From an uncultured Clostridia bacterium (GTDB lineage: Bacteria; Bacillota; Clostridia; TANB77; CAG-508), in assembly GCA_944386745.1 (NCBI GenBank), contig CALXCG010000001.1, forward strand, positions 31 through 64,030: 64,000 nucleotides of DNA, read 5' to 3'. The notes below the pieces were generated by a model. It ran no database searches. It saw nothing but the letters and a program-made list of their open reading frames with translations, and was not told the origin of the DNA. Below are positions 38,821 through 49,095 of this stretch, one piece after another (positions within the stretch are counted from its first letter, which is position 1; every line of letters starts with the position of its first letter). Position numbers and translations under genes: made by a program.

Positions 38821-40398
38821 ATGAGCGAAAAATTTTATGTAACAACACCAATATATTACCCAAGTGGAAGATTCCATATAGGAACAGCATATACAACAGT
38901 ATTAGCAGACAGTATTAAAAGATATCATAAGCTAAAAGGCGAAGATACATACATGCTAACAGGAACTGACGAGCACGGACAAAAAATTGAGCAAAAAGCA
39001 GAAGATGCTGGAAAAACACCAAAAGAGTATGTAGATGAAATGGCAAAAATGGCAAAAGAATTATGGGCAAAAATGGACATACAATATGATGACTTTATCC
39101 AGACAACTGAAGAAAGACACACAAAAATAGTTCAAAAAATATTTGATAGATTTATGGAACAAGGTGACATTTATAAAGGAGAATATGAAGGATGGTACTG
39201 TATACCATGTGAAACATATTTTACTGAAACACAATTAGTTGATGGAAAATGCCCAGATTGTGGAAGAGAAGTAAAGCTTATGAAAGAAGAAGCGTATTTC
39301 TTTAACATGAAAAAATATGTTGACAAATTATTAAAATATTATGATGAACATCCAGACTTTATAAAACCAGCTTACAGAAAAACAGAGATGATAAATAACT
39401 TTATAAAACCAGGATTGGAAGATTTATGTGTAACAAGAACTTCATTTGATTGGGGAATAAAAGTTCTAAAAGATCCAAAACATGTAATATATGTATGGGT
39501 AGATGCCTTAACCAATTATTTAACAGCACTTGGATATTTATCAGAAGATGATACATTATTCAAAAAATACTGGCCAGCAGATTTACAAATAGTTGGAAAG
39601 GACATTGCAAGATTCCATTTGATATATTGGCCAATATTCTTAATGGCATTAGATTTACCATTACCAAAAACAATTTTAGTTCACAACTGGTTTATGATGA
39701 AAGATGGAAAAATGTCAAAATCAAAAGGTAATGTAACATACCCAGAAACACTAATTGATAGATATGGTTTAGATGCTACTAGATATTTCTTATTAAGAGA
39801 ATTGCCTGTATCACAAGATGGAATATTCTCACCAGAAAGTTTTGTTGAAAGATACAATTTTGACTTATGTAATGATTTAAGTAATTTATTAAATAGAACT
39901 GTATCAATGGTAAATAAATATTTTGGAGGACAAGTTCCAGAATACAATGGAACACCAAATGAAGTTGACGAAAAATTTGAAAAATATACTATTGAACAAA
40001 TCAATAAATTTGATGAAAAATGGAACGAATATGAAATAGCAAATAGTATTCAAGAAATTTGGAACTTAGTTTCTAGAACAAACAAATATATTGATGAAAC
40101 AATGCCTTGGAGCTTAGCAAAAGAAGAAAAAACAGAACAATTAAAATCATCAATGTATCATCTAATTGAAAATTTAAGAAGAATAGCAATATTAATTAAG
40201 CCATTTATGAATGAAACAGCAGATAATATATTAAGACAAATAGGTGTAAGTGATGAAAATCTTAAAAACTGGGATAGCTTAAAAGGAGAATACAACAAAA
40301 TAAAAAGTGCTAAAGTAATCGAAAAAGGTGAACCAATCTTTATGAGATTAAAACCAGAAGAAGAGATAGAATATTTACAAAATGCAATGAAAAAATAA
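38821..40398 (+). CDS. metG: Methionine--tRNA ligase
   Basis: MSEKFYVTTPIYYPSGRFHIGTAYTT with the HIGH motif, KMSKS at ...KMSKSKGN, and a CPDC zinc knuckle. AGGAGG RBS before ATG 38821. Confidence 0.9.
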   Translation: MSEKFYVTTPIYYPSGRFHIGTAYTTVLADSIKRYHKLKGEDTYMLTGTDEHGQKIEQKAEDAGKTPKEYVDEMAKMAKELWAKMDIQYDDFIQTTEERHTKIVQKIFDRFMEQGDIYKGEYEGWYCIPCETYFTETQLVDGKCPDCGREVKLMKEEAYFFNMKKYVDKLLKYYDEHPDFIKPAYRKTEMINNFIKPGLEDLCVTRTSFDWGIKVLKDPKHVIYVWVDALTNYLTALGYLSEDDTLFKKYWPADLQIVGKDIARFHLIYWPIFLMALDLPLPKTILVHNWFMMKDGKMSKSKGNVTYPETLIDRYGLDATRYFLLRELPVSQDGIFSPESFVERYNFDLCNDLSNLLNRTVSMVNKYFGGQVPEYNGTPNEVDEKFEKYTIEQINKFDEKWNEYEIANSIQEIWNLVSRTNKYIDETMPWSLAKEEKTEQLKSSMYHLIENLRRIAILIKPFMNETADNILRQIGVSDENLKNWDSLKGEYNKIKSAKVIEKGEPIFMRLKPEEEIEYLQNAMKK

Positions 40399-40440
40399 AT
40401 AAAATAATAAAGTAAAAAAAGATGAAGGGAGAGATTTATA

Positions 40441-40686
40441 ATGAAAGAAACAAAAGACGACACAAAATTACAAAACAAAAAAGAAAAAGAAAAAAAAGTA
40501 ACAAAAGGAAAACACAAGGAAGAACCAACATTAGGAGATATAGTGTTTAGAGTATTAATAGTTGTAGTTATTTTCTTTATTGCAGTTATAGCTTATGCTT
40601 TTTATATTCAAGGAATAGGAGATACAAGCTCAGTAGATAATAATGCAAATCAAAACGTAACAAGAACAATTGAAAAAACAAATTAA
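40441..40686 (+). CDS. Small lysine-rich membrane protein
   Basis: 81 aa, K/E-rich N-terminus, then the TM VLIVVVIFFIAVIAYAFYI. RBS GGGAGAG. Confidence 0.45.
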   Translation: MKETKDDTKLQNKKEKEKKVTKGKHKEEPTLGDIVFRVLIVVVIFFIAVIAYAFYIQGIGDTSSVDNNANQNVTRTIEKTN

Positions 40687-40715
40687 ACATTATGTAAGAG
40701 GATGTAAGAAATGAA

Positions 40716-41615
40716 ATGATTAATGAATTTAGAGAGCCAAATATATATTTAATAAACACAGAAGATAAAAAAAATAAAAACATTGCAATAAAAATAGCAT
40801 TAGTAGTATTAATTATTATAACATTAATACTACTGATATTTGTTGCAAATAATTCAATAAATATAATAAAAAACAATGAAATATATAAACAATATGAAGA
40901 ACAGTTGTCAATTTTAAAAGAGCAAGAAGAAGCGGAAAGACAAGCAAAAATTCCAAAATTGACAGAACAGGGGATGCAAAATATAGAAAATATATATCAT
41001 TGTGATACAAAACGTGCATTTTTGACTTTTGATGATGGACCTTCAAGTATAACAAATACTATTTTAGATGTATTAAAACAAGAAAATATAAAAGCAACAT
41101 TTTTTGTTTTAGGATCAAGAGTAGAAGCAAAACCAGAAGTGGTAAAAAGAATTTATGATGAAGGTCATTATATTGCAAATCATGGTTATTCACATGTTTA
41201 TGAAAGTATATATGCAAGTCCACAAGCGGTTTTAGATGAATATAATAAATGTAATGACGCAGTAAAAAACGCAATCGGAGTGCCAGAATACAATTCGCAT
41301 TTGTTTAGATTCCCAGGGGGACTTGTAGGGGGCAAATATGCAGAAATAAAAAGTCAAGCAAATGAATTATTAAAACAAAACAACATAGTACATGTAGATT
41401 GGAATGCTTTAAATGGAGATGCTGAAACAAATGATTTGAGTATTGAATTTGAATTGACAAGACTACAAGAGACAACACAAAATAAAAATAGTGTTGTAAT
41501 ATTGATGCATGATGCACCAATAAAAAAAGTGACAGCAGAAGCATTACCACAGATTATTTCATATTTAAGAGAACAAGGATATGAATTTGAAAATTTTTAT
41601 GAAATCATTAAATGA
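40716..41615 (+). CDS. Polysaccharide deacetylase (NodB/CE4 family), N-terminally anchored
   Basis: AFLTFDDGPSSITNTILDVL...ATFFVLGSRVE...ANHGYSH are the CE4 motifs. N-terminal TM. Confidence 0.8.
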   Translation: MINEFREPNIYLINTEDKKNKNIAIKIALVVLIIITLILLIFVANNSINIIKNNEIYKQYEEQLSILKEQEEAERQAKIPKLTEQGMQNIENIYHCDTKRAFLTFDDGPSSITNTILDVLKQENIKATFFVLGSRVEAKPEVVKRIYDEGHYIANHGYSHVYESIYASPQAVLDEYNKCNDAVKNAIGVPEYNSHLFRFPGGLVGGKYAEIKSQANELLKQNNIVHVDWNALNGDAETNDLSIEFELTRLQETTQNKNSVVILMHDAPIKKVTAEALPQIISYLREQGYEFENFYEIIK

Positions 41616-41631
41616 GGAGGAGGAGAGAGAA

Positions 41632-43917
41632 TTGCCTAAAAAAGAACAAGTACGAGAAAATATAGAGGAAAAGTTAGAATACATTGGATTAGATTTAAGC
41701 AAAATACCTGCATCCATAAAAAAATTCGAGCCATTAGAGTTTAGAATTCCTAAATTTTATGATGAAAAGCAATATAGGCAATATCGCTATATTCCAATAA
41801 AAGATATTCAAATATTATTAACACCAACAAATAGATTAGATGAACTAGAAGAAAAATATAAAAAGGCCAGTCCGTTATATGAATATCTAGATCAGAAAAA
41901 AGAAGAAAATATTTTAAAACATACTAAATTTTTAGAAATGCTTAAACAAGTTAAAATAGAAGATATAGAAAAAGTAGAAGAAGAACAAGCAAATTTAAAC
42001 AAAAAAATACCATTCAAGGTTAAATTTGAAGGTAATTATTTATGGCAAATTTACTATTCAGAAAATACAGACAAATATTTTATGTTAGTACCAACAGAAG
42101 AATCTGATTATTCAACATTCTTCTTTTTATTGAAAAAACAATTAGAAAAAAGAAGGACAGGAAAAATATTTGTACCAATCAGAAATGTTGGATATAGTAG
42201 TGAATATATAAGAAAAAATGAGTTTGAAGATTTAGAAAACTACTTATGGCTATTTACTAAAGATTGGCCATTAATATATGAAGTATATGATAAAAAAGAT
42301 GAATTAACTATTCAAATTGTTGGAGAAACTGAAGTTTATGAAAAAGTAAAAAGCAATTACAATAAAAAATTAAAAACAAAAGAAGAAGCAACACAGTTTT
42401 ATAAACTATTAAAAGCTATGTTTATATTGCAAACTGAACTTCCAGATTATTTTAATTTTAGAACTGATATAGATAAAAACGGAGAAATAGAATTTTATTT
42501 TGAAGATATAAAAATGGAATATCCAGACTTACCACAATGGATACTAAATAAATACAATTTAGGGATAGAAAAAATAGATGTAGCTAATGAATTGATAGAA
42601 GAAAATAAAATCAAGTTAAAAAAATTACAAGAAGAAGGAGCAATTCAAGAAATAGAATATCTTGCAAAAGAAAAACAAATATCAACATTTTTAGAATGTA
42701 AAAAAACTTTCTTTGGTAAATTCAAATACTACTTTAAATATAGTAAAAAAAATAAAAAAATAGAGAAGCAAGAAGAAATATTAAAGGACGAAAAACCAGA
42801 AAAAGCAAGGAAGAAAAAAACAAGAAAGAAAAACAAAAAAGAAAATTACACAATTGAAGAACTTTTAGAGTTATATCAAGAATTAGCAAAATTAGAAACA
42901 GAATTAAAGAATTTGTTAATGGATATAAATGCTCTAAAACTAAAAAATAAAAACAGGAAAAAGAAGATTGAAAATGCAACGAAATTTATTGAAGAAATAG
43001 ATAGTCATAAAAAAAGCATATTTGAATTTTGGAAATATACAAATAAAGATGAAGTTGCAGCGCTTGCAGAAGGTGAAGTTGAAGAAGTAAGTACAATTAA
43101 AAAAATTACGAAAGTATTTGATTTTGAAGAAGACTTTGAAAAATTTGGAAAGACAATGGACAAAATTCAAAGGAGAGTTTTAACAAAGGACGAAACAGAT
43201 AGCTTATATATTTTATCAACAAATTTGGAAGAAATATTAAACAAAGTAAAAAATAATGACGTTTTACCAAAAGATATAGAAAGCAGTTTAAAAGAAATAA
43301 AGAAAGAAGCAAAAGAAGAAAAAATGCTAACTTCAGATGAGGAGTTTGATATTTTTGGTGGAATGGTACAAGATAAAACAAAAATATCAAAAATAAGAGA
43401 CAAAAAGCACAGAGAAATAGCAAAAGATAAATACAGTATTCTAGAAATAAGTAAAAACACAAAACAGATAGGATATAAACTTGCATTAGAAAAAGTAGTA
43501 GAAAATATTAAAAATGCTATTCAAAAAGTAGTAGTTGTTGATGATTTGCCTATATATAAAGCAATTGCGGATGGTGAACTTAATAATAAAAACTTTAATT
43601 TATTTAATATAAATGAAGAATTTAAAAAAAATAATATAATTGAAAAAGAAGGAAATAAAATCAATTTATATAAAATAAATCTAAAAAAAGGAATTAATGC
43701 CATTAGCTATACAAATATCATTTTTTACGACAATCAAAACAAAACCTTACCAGTTGGACAAGACTTATCTACGAAAATTTTAGTAGATATCAGCAAAACA
43801 CAGTTAGAGGAAAAATCAAAGAGAGAATTTCATATGGTGAATTTTGAAGAAAAAGACAATGATTTTTCAAAAATAAATATCAAGACAATTAATGTATATG
43901 AGTATGAAATAACATAA
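41632..43917 (+). CDS. Large K/E-rich coiled-coil hypothetical protein, about 760 aa
   Basis: Long ORF. The probable start is TTG 41632 after GGAGGAGGAGAGAGAA, since the in-frame ATG at 41581 lies inside the upstream gene. No recognisable catalytic motif. Confidence 0.5.
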   Translation: MPKKEQVRENIEEKLEYIGLDLSKIPASIKKFEPLEFRIPKFYDEKQYRQYRYIPIKDIQILLTPTNRLDELEEKYKKASPLYEYLDQKKEENILKHTKFLEMLKQVKIEDIEKVEEEQANLNKKIPFKVKFEGNYLWQIYYSENTDKYFMLVPTEESDYSTFFFLLKKQLEKRRTGKIFVPIRNVGYSSEYIRKNEFEDLENYLWLFTKDWPLIYEVYDKKDELTIQIVGETEVYEKVKSNYNKKLKTKEEATQFYKLLKAMFILQTELPDYFNFRTDIDKNGEIEFYFEDIKMEYPDLPQWILNKYNLGIEKIDVANELIEENKIKLKKLQEEGAIQEIEYLAKEKQISTFLECKKTFFGKFKYYFKYSKKNKKIEKQEEILKDEKPEKARKKKTRKKNKKENYTIEELLELYQELAKLETELKNLLMDINALKLKNKNRKKKIENATKFIEEIDSHKKSIFEFWKYTNKDEVAALAEGEVEEVSTIKKITKVFDFEEDFEKFGKTMDKIQRRVLTKDETDSLYILSTNLEEILNKVKNNDVLPKDIESSLKEIKKEAKEEKMLTSDEEFDIFGGMVQDKTKISKIRDKKHREIAKDKYSILEISKNTKQIGYKLALEKVVENIKNAIQKVVVVDDLPIYKAIADGELNNKNFNLFNINEEFKKNNIIEKEGNKINLYKINLKKGINAISYTNIIFYDNQNKTLPVGQDLSTKILVDISKTQLEEKSKREFHMVNFEEKDNDFSKINIKTINVYEYEIT

Positions 43918-43971
43918 TTAGGAACAAATAATTAATTAAAGAATATAATATACAAAAAAGGAGGTAATAAA

Positions 43972-44121
43972 TTGCGTAGAATATTAAGAAAAACATTGGC
44001 TGTATGTTTGATTGGTTTAGGATTAGGAATATTAATGGTTTTATTACTTCCGGCGACAGGTTGGTTATTTATAATAGGAGTAGCCGTAGTGAGTATTGGA
44101 ATAATGTGGCTTGCTTGTTAA
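43972..44121 (+). CDS. Possible 49-aa membrane peptide
   Basis: AGGAGG RBS 7 nt before TTG. Hydrophobic LAVCLIGLGLGILMVLLLPATGWLFIIGVAVVSIGIMWLAC. A second tiny ORF with a strong RBS (MTIVVKKVPKFLRGIVKLIFGIKE) follows at 44139-44213. Confidence 0.25.
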   Translation: MRRILRKTLAVCLIGLGLGILMVLLLPATGWLFIIGVAVVSIGIMWLAC

Positions 44122-44261
44122 AAAGGAGGGAGATACATATGACGATTGTAGTAAAAAAAGTACCAAAATTTCTAAGAGGTATTGTAAAGTTGATATTTGG
44201 AATTAAAGAATAAGAAAATTAGACATTAATAAAACATAATAAACAGAAACAAAAAAAGAGC

Positions 44262-44459
44262 TTAGGCTCTTTTTACTTTTCCATCTTTTAAACATTTAGC
44301 ACATACATAAATTCTTCTTGTTTCACCATTTACGTCTGCTTTAACTCTTCTTAAGTTTGGTTTCCAAGTACGTGGTGATCTTTTGCTTATATGAGAACGA
44401 GTAATGCTAAGTTTATTTCCATGACTAGCTGATTTTTGACAAATTTCACATACTGCCAT
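44262..44459 (-). CDS. rpmB: 50S ribosomal protein L28
   Basis: MAVCEICQKSASHGNKLSITRSHISKRSPRTWKPNLRRV. AGGAGGTG RBS. A bidirectional terminator hairpin AGAGCTTAGGCTCT lies downstream. Confidence 0.85.
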   Translation of the reverse strand: MAVCEICQKSASHGNKLSITRSHISKRSPRTWKPNLRRVKADVNGETRRIYVCAKCLKDGKVKRA

Positions 44460-44562
44460 TCTTAACTGCACCTCCTAAATTCATAAATAAATTGACTATT
44501 TACAAGTTTACCACAAAAAAATAAAAAAAACAAGTATTTTTTGAAAATTATGAAAAATTCCT

Positions 44563-44589
44563 TGCAAATTAGGAAAAATGTGGTATAAT
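44563..44589 (+). promoter_or_regulatory. tig promoter, extended -10 type
   Basis: TTGCAA-16-TGgTATAAT. Confidence 0.55.
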
Positions 44590-44613
44590 AAATAGGCTTT
44601 AAAAATAATTGGT

Positions 44614-44670
44614 AGGGGACATTCCTAAACTTAATTAGAAATGACCAAAGAGTAAGGTGTGTCACCTGTC
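44614..44670 (+). promoter_or_regulatory. Conserved leader motif in the tig 5' UTR, copy B of the 9028-9089 element
   Basis: GGGGACATTCCTAAAC...ACCAAAGAGTAAGGTGTGTCACCTGTC, transcribed from the promoter above, about 30 nt before the tig start. Confidence 0.45.
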
Positions 44671-44697
44671 ATTAGAAAAAAGAAAGGATTGAATAGA

Positions 44698-45984
44698 ATG
44701 AAATGTAAAGTTGAAAAAACAAAAAACGCAAATGAAGTAAAATTAGAAATAACAGTAGAAGCAGAAAAATTTAATGACGCAATAAAAAAAGTATACTTCA
44801 AAAGTGCAAAATATTTTAATATACCAGGATTCAGAAAAGGTAAAGCACCAATGAATATAGTAGAAAAATATTATGGAAAAGAAATCTTTTATGAAGACGC
44901 TTTCAATGAAGTTGCAGGAGAAGCATTAGATGAAGCAGTAAAAGAAAACGATTTATATGTTGTATCAAGACCAGATATTGATGTAACACAAATTGAAAAA
45001 GGAAAAGATTTAATATTTACAGCAGTAATGCAAACAAAACCAGAAGCTGAACTTGGAAAATATAAAGGAGTAGAAATCAAAAAAATCGAATACAAAGTAA
45101 CAGCAGAAGATGTAAATCATGAATTAAGTCATATGCAAGAACACAATGCAAGAATGATTACAGTAGAAGATAGACCAGTAGAAAGTGGAGACATCGTAAC
45201 AATTGACTTTGAAGGATTTGTTGATGGGAAAGCATTTGATGGTGGGAAAGCAGAAGGTCATGAATTAGAAATAGGAAGTAACACATTTATACCAGGATTT
45301 GAAGATCAAATAATTGGAATGAAAATCGATGAAGAAAAAGATATAAATGTTAAATTCCCAGAAGAATACTTTTCAAAAGAATTAGCTGGAAAAGATGCAA
45401 CATTTAAAGTTAAATTACATGAAATAAAGAAAAAAGAATTACCAAAATTAGATGACGAATTTGCAAAAGATGTAAGCGAATTTGATACATTAAAAGAATT
45501 AAAGGAGGATATAAAGAAAAAACAACAAAAACAAAATGATGATAAAGCAAAATATGAAACTGAAGATGCAGTAATAAAAGCTGTTTGTGAAAATGTAAAA
45601 GTAGATATTCCATCAGGAATGATTGAAACTGAAGTAGATAACATGATAAAAGATATTGAACAAAGATTATCATATCAAGGATTAAAATTAGAACAATATC
45701 TTCAAATGATGGGTAAAACTACTGAAGAAATGAGAAAAGAATATGAACCTCAAGCAATAGATAGTATTAAATCACGTTTAGCTTTAGAGGCAGTAATAAA
45801 AGCTGAAAAAATAGAAGCAACAGAAGAAGAAGTTGACGAAAAAATGAAAGAAATGGCTAAAAATTATGGAAAAGAAAATGACGAAGAATTCATGAAAAAT
45901 GAAAATGTAAGAAATTACATCAAAGATGGATTAACATCACAAAAAGCAATAGAATTTTTAGTAAAAAACGCAAAAATGAAATAA
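44698..45984 (+). CDS. tig: Trigger factor
   Basis: MKCKVEKTKNANEVKLEITVEAEKF...FNIPGFRKGKAP carries the ribosome-binding GFRxGxxP signature. The track start at 44659 lies upstream of the likely ATG 44698. Confidence 0.85.
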   Translation: MKCKVEKTKNANEVKLEITVEAEKFNDAIKKVYFKSAKYFNIPGFRKGKAPMNIVEKYYGKEIFYEDAFNEVAGEALDEAVKENDLYVVSRPDIDVTQIEKGKDLIFTAVMQTKPEAELGKYKGVEIKKIEYKVTAEDVNHELSHMQEHNARMITVEDRPVESGDIVTIDFEGFVDGKAFDGGKAEGHELEIGSNTFIPGFEDQIIGMKIDEEKDINVKFPEEYFSKELAGKDATFKVKLHEIKKKELPKLDDEFAKDVSEFDTLKELKEDIKKKQQKQNDDKAKYETEDAVIKAVCENVKVDIPSGMIETEVDNMIKDIEQRLSYQGLKLEQYLQMMGKTTEEMRKEYEPQAIDSIKSRLALEAVIKAEKIEATEEEVDEKMKEMAKNYGKENDEEFMKNENVRNYIKDGLTSQKAIEFLVKNAKMK

Positions 45985-46181
45985 TATAAATAAAAGCTGG
46001 GGTGAATAATTATCCTAGCTTTTAGCATTTGTTTATTACCTATTATTCATATTAAACGTATATATAAAACGAAATAATAAAGCAAATGTTTATAAAATTT
46101 AATAAAAAAATCAAAAACTATTGTTTATATTTCAAAATAATGGTATATAATTAATAAAGGAAAACAAGGAGGAATAGAATT

Positions 46182-46787
46182 ATGTTAGAAAAAAATAGTT
46201 TAGTACCATATGTAATCGAACAAACAAGCAAAGGAGAAAGATCATACGATATTTTCTCAAGATTATTAAAAGATAGAATAATATTTTTAGGAGAAGATGT
46301 AAATGCAACAACAGCAAGTTTAGTAATTGCACAATTATTATTCTTAGAATCAGAAGACCCAGATAAAGATATCAATTTATATATAAATTCACCAGGTGGA
46401 TCAATAACAGATGGAATGGGTATAATAGATACAATGAATTATATCAAATGCCCAGTATCAACAATCTGTATTGGAATGGCAGCAAGTATGGGAGCAGCTT
46501 TACTTGCAGCTGGTGAAAAAGGAAAAAGATTTGCAACACCAAATGCTGAAATCTTAATTCACCAACCATTAATCGGTGGTGGCGGACTTTCAGGTCAAGC
46601 AACAGAAATCAAAATACATGCAGATCATTTAGTTAAAACAAGAGAAAAATTAAATAAATTCCTAAGTGAAAGAACAGGTCAAACTGTTGAAACAATCCAA
46701 AAAGATACAGAAAGAGATAATTACATGACAGCTGAAGAAGCATTAAAATATGGATTAATAGATGGAATTATGGACAAAAGAAAATAA
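46182..46787 (+). CDS. clpP: ATP-dependent Clp protease proteolytic subunit
   Basis: The catalytic region GMAASMGA has the active-site Ser, and HQPL the active-site His. 201 aa. Confidence 0.9.
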   Translation: MLEKNSLVPYVIEQTSKGERSYDIFSRLLKDRIIFLGEDVNATTASLVIAQLLFLESEDPDKDINLYINSPGGSITDGMGIIDTMNYIKCPVSTICIGMAASMGAALLAAGEKGKRFATPNAEILIHQPLIGGGGLSGQATEIKIHADHLVKTREKLNKFLSERTGQTVETIQKDTERDNYMTAEEALKYGLIDGIMDKRK

Positions 46788-46939
46788 TTATTGTTTAAAT
46801 TAAAAATAAGTTCATAATTGTTTCAAAAAAATTGGTCCCCCTTTTAAGGATATCCACCAATTTTTTTGAAATCAATTACAAACATACCATAAAATAATTT
46901 AAACAATAAATTAAATAAGAAAAGAATGGAGAATATAGT

Positions 46940-48256
46940 ATGGCAAAGAATAGTACACCTAAAAGTGTAAGATGTTCATTTTGTGGTAAATCACAAGAAA
47001 ATGTAAGGAAAATAGTAGCAGGACCAGGAGTATATATTTGTGATGAATGTGTAGAGCTTTGCAATAGTATAATAGAAGCAGAATTATATGAAGATGAAAA
47101 AGCAGGATACAGCTTAAACGAATTAACTGACATACCAAGTCCTAAGGAAATAAAAGCAGTATTAGATGACTATGTAATTGGTCAAGAAGAAGCTAAAAAA
47201 ACATTATCAGTAGCAGTATACAATCATTATAAAAGAATAGCACATGAAGAAGTGCAAAATAAAGATGATGTAGAAATACAAAAAAGTAATATCCTATTAT
47301 TAGGACCAACTGGTTGTGGAAAAACACTTTTAGCAAGAACATTAGCAAAAATATTAAATGTACCATTTGCAATAGCAGATGCAACAACATTAACAGAAGC
47401 GGGATATGTAGGAGAAGACGTTGAAAATATCCTATTAAAATTAATACAAGCAGCAGATGGAGATATTCAAAAAGCAGAAAAAGGAATTATATATATTGAT
47501 GAAATAGACAAAATAACAAGAAAATCAGAAAATCCATCAATAACTAGAGATGTAAGTGGTGAAGGAGTACAACAAGCATTACTAAAAATAATAGAAGGAA
47601 CAATTGCATCAGTACCACCACAAGGAGGAAGAAAACATCCAAACCAAGAACTAATACAAATAAATACAGAAAACATTTTAATAATATGTGGTGGAGCTTT
47701 TGAAGGACTTGAAAACATCATAAAAGACAGAACTGGTGAAAAAGCAATAGGATTTGGAACACAAATAAAAAGCCAAAAAGAAATCAATAAATATGAAATA
47801 TTCCAAGAACTATTACCACAAGACTTATTAAAATTTGGACTAATACCAGAATTTATAGGAAGATTGCCAATAGTAGCAACACTAAAAGACTTAGATAGAG
47901 AGGCTTTAATACAAATATTAGTAGAACCTAAAAATTCATTGGTAAAACAATATCAAAAACTATTTGAAATAGATGGAGTAGAATTGGTATTTGAACAAGA
48001 AGCCCTAGAAGCAATTGTTGACAAAGCAATTGAAAGAAAAACAGGAGCAAGAGGCCTTCGTTCAATAATAGAAGAAAGAATGAGAGACATCATGTTTGAA
48101 ATCCCATCTAATCCAGATATAGAAAAATGCATTATAACAAAAGAAACAATTTTGGATAACAAAGGACCAGAATTAGTTATAAATGAAAATAAGAACAAAA
48201 AAGAAAATAATGATAAGCCTACAGGTAAAAAGAAAAGACAAACACCTGCAGCATAA
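46940..48256 (+). CDS. clpX: ATP-dependent Clp protease ATP-binding subunit ClpX
   Basis: N-terminal zinc finger CSFCGKSQ...CDEC. Walker A GPTGCGKT. Confidence 0.9.
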   Translation: MAKNSTPKSVRCSFCGKSQENVRKIVAGPGVYICDECVELCNSIIEAELYEDEKAGYSLNELTDIPSPKEIKAVLDDYVIGQEEAKKTLSVAVYNHYKRIAHEEVQNKDDVEIQKSNILLLGPTGCGKTLLARTLAKILNVPFAIADATTLTEAGYVGEDVENILLKLIQAADGDIQKAEKGIIYIDEIDKITRKSENPSITRDVSGEGVQQALLKIIEGTIASVPPQGGRKHPNQELIQINTENILIICGGAFEGLENIIKDRTGEKAIGFGTQIKSQKEINKYEIFQELLPQDLLKFGLIPEFIGRLPIVATLKDLDREALIQILVEPKNSLVKQYQKLFEIDGVELVFEQEALEAIVDKAIERKTGARGLRSIIEERMRDIMFEIPSNPDIEKCIITKETILDNKGPELVINENKNKKENNDKPTGKKKRQTPAA

Positions 48257-48261
48257 AAAAT

Positions 48262-48302
48262 AGAGGAAGATTAATAAAAAATTAATTTTTCCTCTATTTT
48301 TT
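48262..48302 (+). terminator. Rho-independent terminator after clpX
   Basis: ATAGAGGAAGATTAATAAAAAATTAATTTTTCCTCTAT hairpin followed by TTTTTTC. Confidence 0.65.
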
Positions 48303-48358
48303 CTTCATAATATTTATGGTATACTATTATCAGAAAATGAAAGGAAAGGGATTTACAA

Positions 48359-49059
48359 TGTACAATATTTTAGTTGTTGATGATGATAGAGAAATAGTAG
48401 GAGCAATTGAAATATATTTAAAAAAAGAAGGATATAACATAATAAAAGCCTACAATGGAAATGAAGCATTAGAAAAAGTAAAGGAAAATGAAATACATCT
48501 AATAATTCTAGATATTATGATGCCAGAAAAAGATGGATTAGAGACATTAGAAGAATTAAGAAAAGACAAATCTATACCAGTAATTCTCTTGTCAGCAAAA
48601 TCTGAAGATTATGACAAAATAGGAGGATTAAATCAAGGAGCAGATGATTATATAACAAAACCATTTAACCCATTAGAATTAATTGCAAGAGTAAATTCGC
48701 AAATAAGACGTTATGTATCATTAGGTGCAATGGAGAAAAAGGATAATAAACAGATATATAGAACAGGAGAATTAATACTTGATGATGAAACTAAAAAGGT
48801 CACAGTAGATGGCAAAGAAGTAAAACTAACAGCAACAGAGTTTAATATATTGAAATTCTTATTAAAGAACAAAGGAAAGGTATATTCTATTCCTCAAATA
48901 TATGAAAATGTTTGGAATGAAGAAAGCTATGGAGCAGAAAATATTATAGCAGTACATATAAGACACATCAGAGAAAAGATTGAGATAAATCCAAAAGAAC
49001 CTAGATATTTGAAGGTGATTTGGGGGATTGGCTACAAAATAGAAAAAGTTGGGGAATAA
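48359..49059 (+). CDS. OmpR-family two-component response regulator
   Basis: Receiver MYNILVVDDDREIVGAIEIYL...DIMMPEKDG with the phospho-Asp, and a C-terminal winged-helix domain. Confidence 0.85.
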
Positions 49060-49095
49060 TTACAATAAAATTAGAAAGAAAGGAATGAAGCAAAA

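Noticed and set aside
44004-44213. 69-aa ORF on the track downstream of the large coiled-coil gene
   Set aside because: It spans two much shorter RBS-preceded peptides (43972-44121 and 44139-44213) in different arrangements. The long ORF has no RBS and is probably an artifact, and the short peptides are themselves low-confidence.
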